Shown here: piece after piece, positions 62,998-64,000 of the stretch
Position numbering within the stretch: position 1 is the first letter of the stretch
How the letters are laid out: the number at the start of each line of letters is the position of its first letter
Notes under the pieces: model-generated
Told to the model about the DNA's origin: nothing
Seen by the model: the letters and a program-made list of their open reading frames with translations, nothing else
Database searches by the model: none
NCBI RefSeq assembly: GCF_009914755.1
Contig: NC_060945.1
Length of the DNA: 64,000 nucleotides
Origin: the human T2T-CHM13v2.0 reference genome, Homo sapiens
Strand: one strand, 5' to 3'
Program-made: the position numbers and the translations under genes

Positions 62998-64000
62998 GCT
63001 CTAACTGCGCTCCCGCAGCGCCCGAGGCTCTGAGCGCCCAGCGCGCGGTGTGCTGGAGGCAGCCGTGTCCCCGCCCCGTCCCCGCCCCGCCCCCGGCCTG
63101 GCTCCTCTGGCGACCGAGACCGCCCCGGGACAGGAGGCGGGGCGCTGCGCGGCGGCTCCGGAAAGTTCGGCTCTGCCCAGGCGTGTGCCCGTCGGCCGGA
63201 GGCGGGACAGAGGCAGGTCGGCCTGTCCGCCTGGACGCGGACCTGGGCGCCGTAGGTGCCCTGGGAAGCGCAGGGGTGGGGGGTACCCGGCAGGAAGGTG
63301 GCCAGGGGTGCTGCGGGTGCCGGCGCAGCGAGGGAGGGCACCGTGGGAGGCAAGGGCCGTTCCCCGCGCCGCGCACAATGCGCCGGTCCTGCGGCCCTCC
63401 CCGAGCAGGAGTCCGGGGACCCAGGCCCCAAGGCTGGGAGAGCGCCAGGCCCCTGGCCGGCTGCGCTCCGATGATCTCCAGGACTTAAGGCGAGTGAGCT
63501 CAGCGACTGCTGAGGAATGAATGACTGAATGAACGCATGCATGAATGGAAGGAGGGAGGGAAAGTGGGCGGGCTCTACCCTCTGGGCCAGCCCCAGCCCG
63601 CCCCCACCTAGCCTTGCTCCCCTAGCCTTCTAGGGGTGTGAAGGGCGCTGGCGCAGCCTCTTTGCTTAACACTGGCTCTGAGGATCCCCCGCCGAGAAAC
63701 CGAGGCAGGCTTGCGGCTCTGGGCTCGTCAGCCTTGGCAGTGGCGTCTGGCCTGGAGTCTGGGGCAGCTGGTTTGGGAAAGGCTGCACCACGCAACCGAG
63801 GGTGGGACCCAGAGTCCCTGCTCCTTCCCCACCGCACCCAGCCCACCCCGCCCTCCCTCCCTGATCCCTGCAAGCCAGGTGAGGCCCAGGGGGGACGTGA
63901 CTCCCTTTCTGCAGAGGCACCTCCGGAAGGGCCTGGGTGAGGCTGCTAGACAGGGCAGCGGGGCACCCTCCTCCCGGAGCCCCCGCCTCTGGGCTGAGGC

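Overview
Human (primate) genomic DNA that is GC-rich and dense in Alu and LTR elements. It is recognisable as the ICOSLG (ICOS ligand/B7-H2/CD275) locus, which I recall is on 21q22.3. The whole gene lies on the minus strand. There is a CpG-island promoter at about 62.3-63.5 kb. Seven coding exons (62882 to 51101) splice with GT-AG junctions into a 302-aa protein (signal peptide, IgV, IgC, TM, short tail). An alternative last exon at 45143-45112 gives a 309-aa form ending ESWNLLLLLS, and read-through of intron 6 gives a 473-aa frame. A distal AATAAA sits at 45085-45080. The left ~45 kb is intergenic: Alus, old L1, MaLR and DNA-transposon relics, a nest of ERV1 solo LTRs (MER41, MER4, MER50) and several minisatellites. 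Almost all ORFs in the supplied track are GC-rich, Alu or tandem-repeat artefacts. I found no evidence for a wholly new biological system. The most notable structures seen directly are: (1) a part-inverted, part-direct local duplication bracketing the in-frame IgC exon; (2) a 43-bp VNTR that would switch the reading frame of the intron-retained ICOSL tail; (3) a templated fold-back insertion in an Alu; (4) a MER41 LTR with an intact STAT GAS site; (5) an E-box minisatellite; (6) inverted Alus in the long 3'UTR. Repeat family names come from my recall of consensus sequences, not from a RepeatMasker run, and repeat boundaries are approximate.
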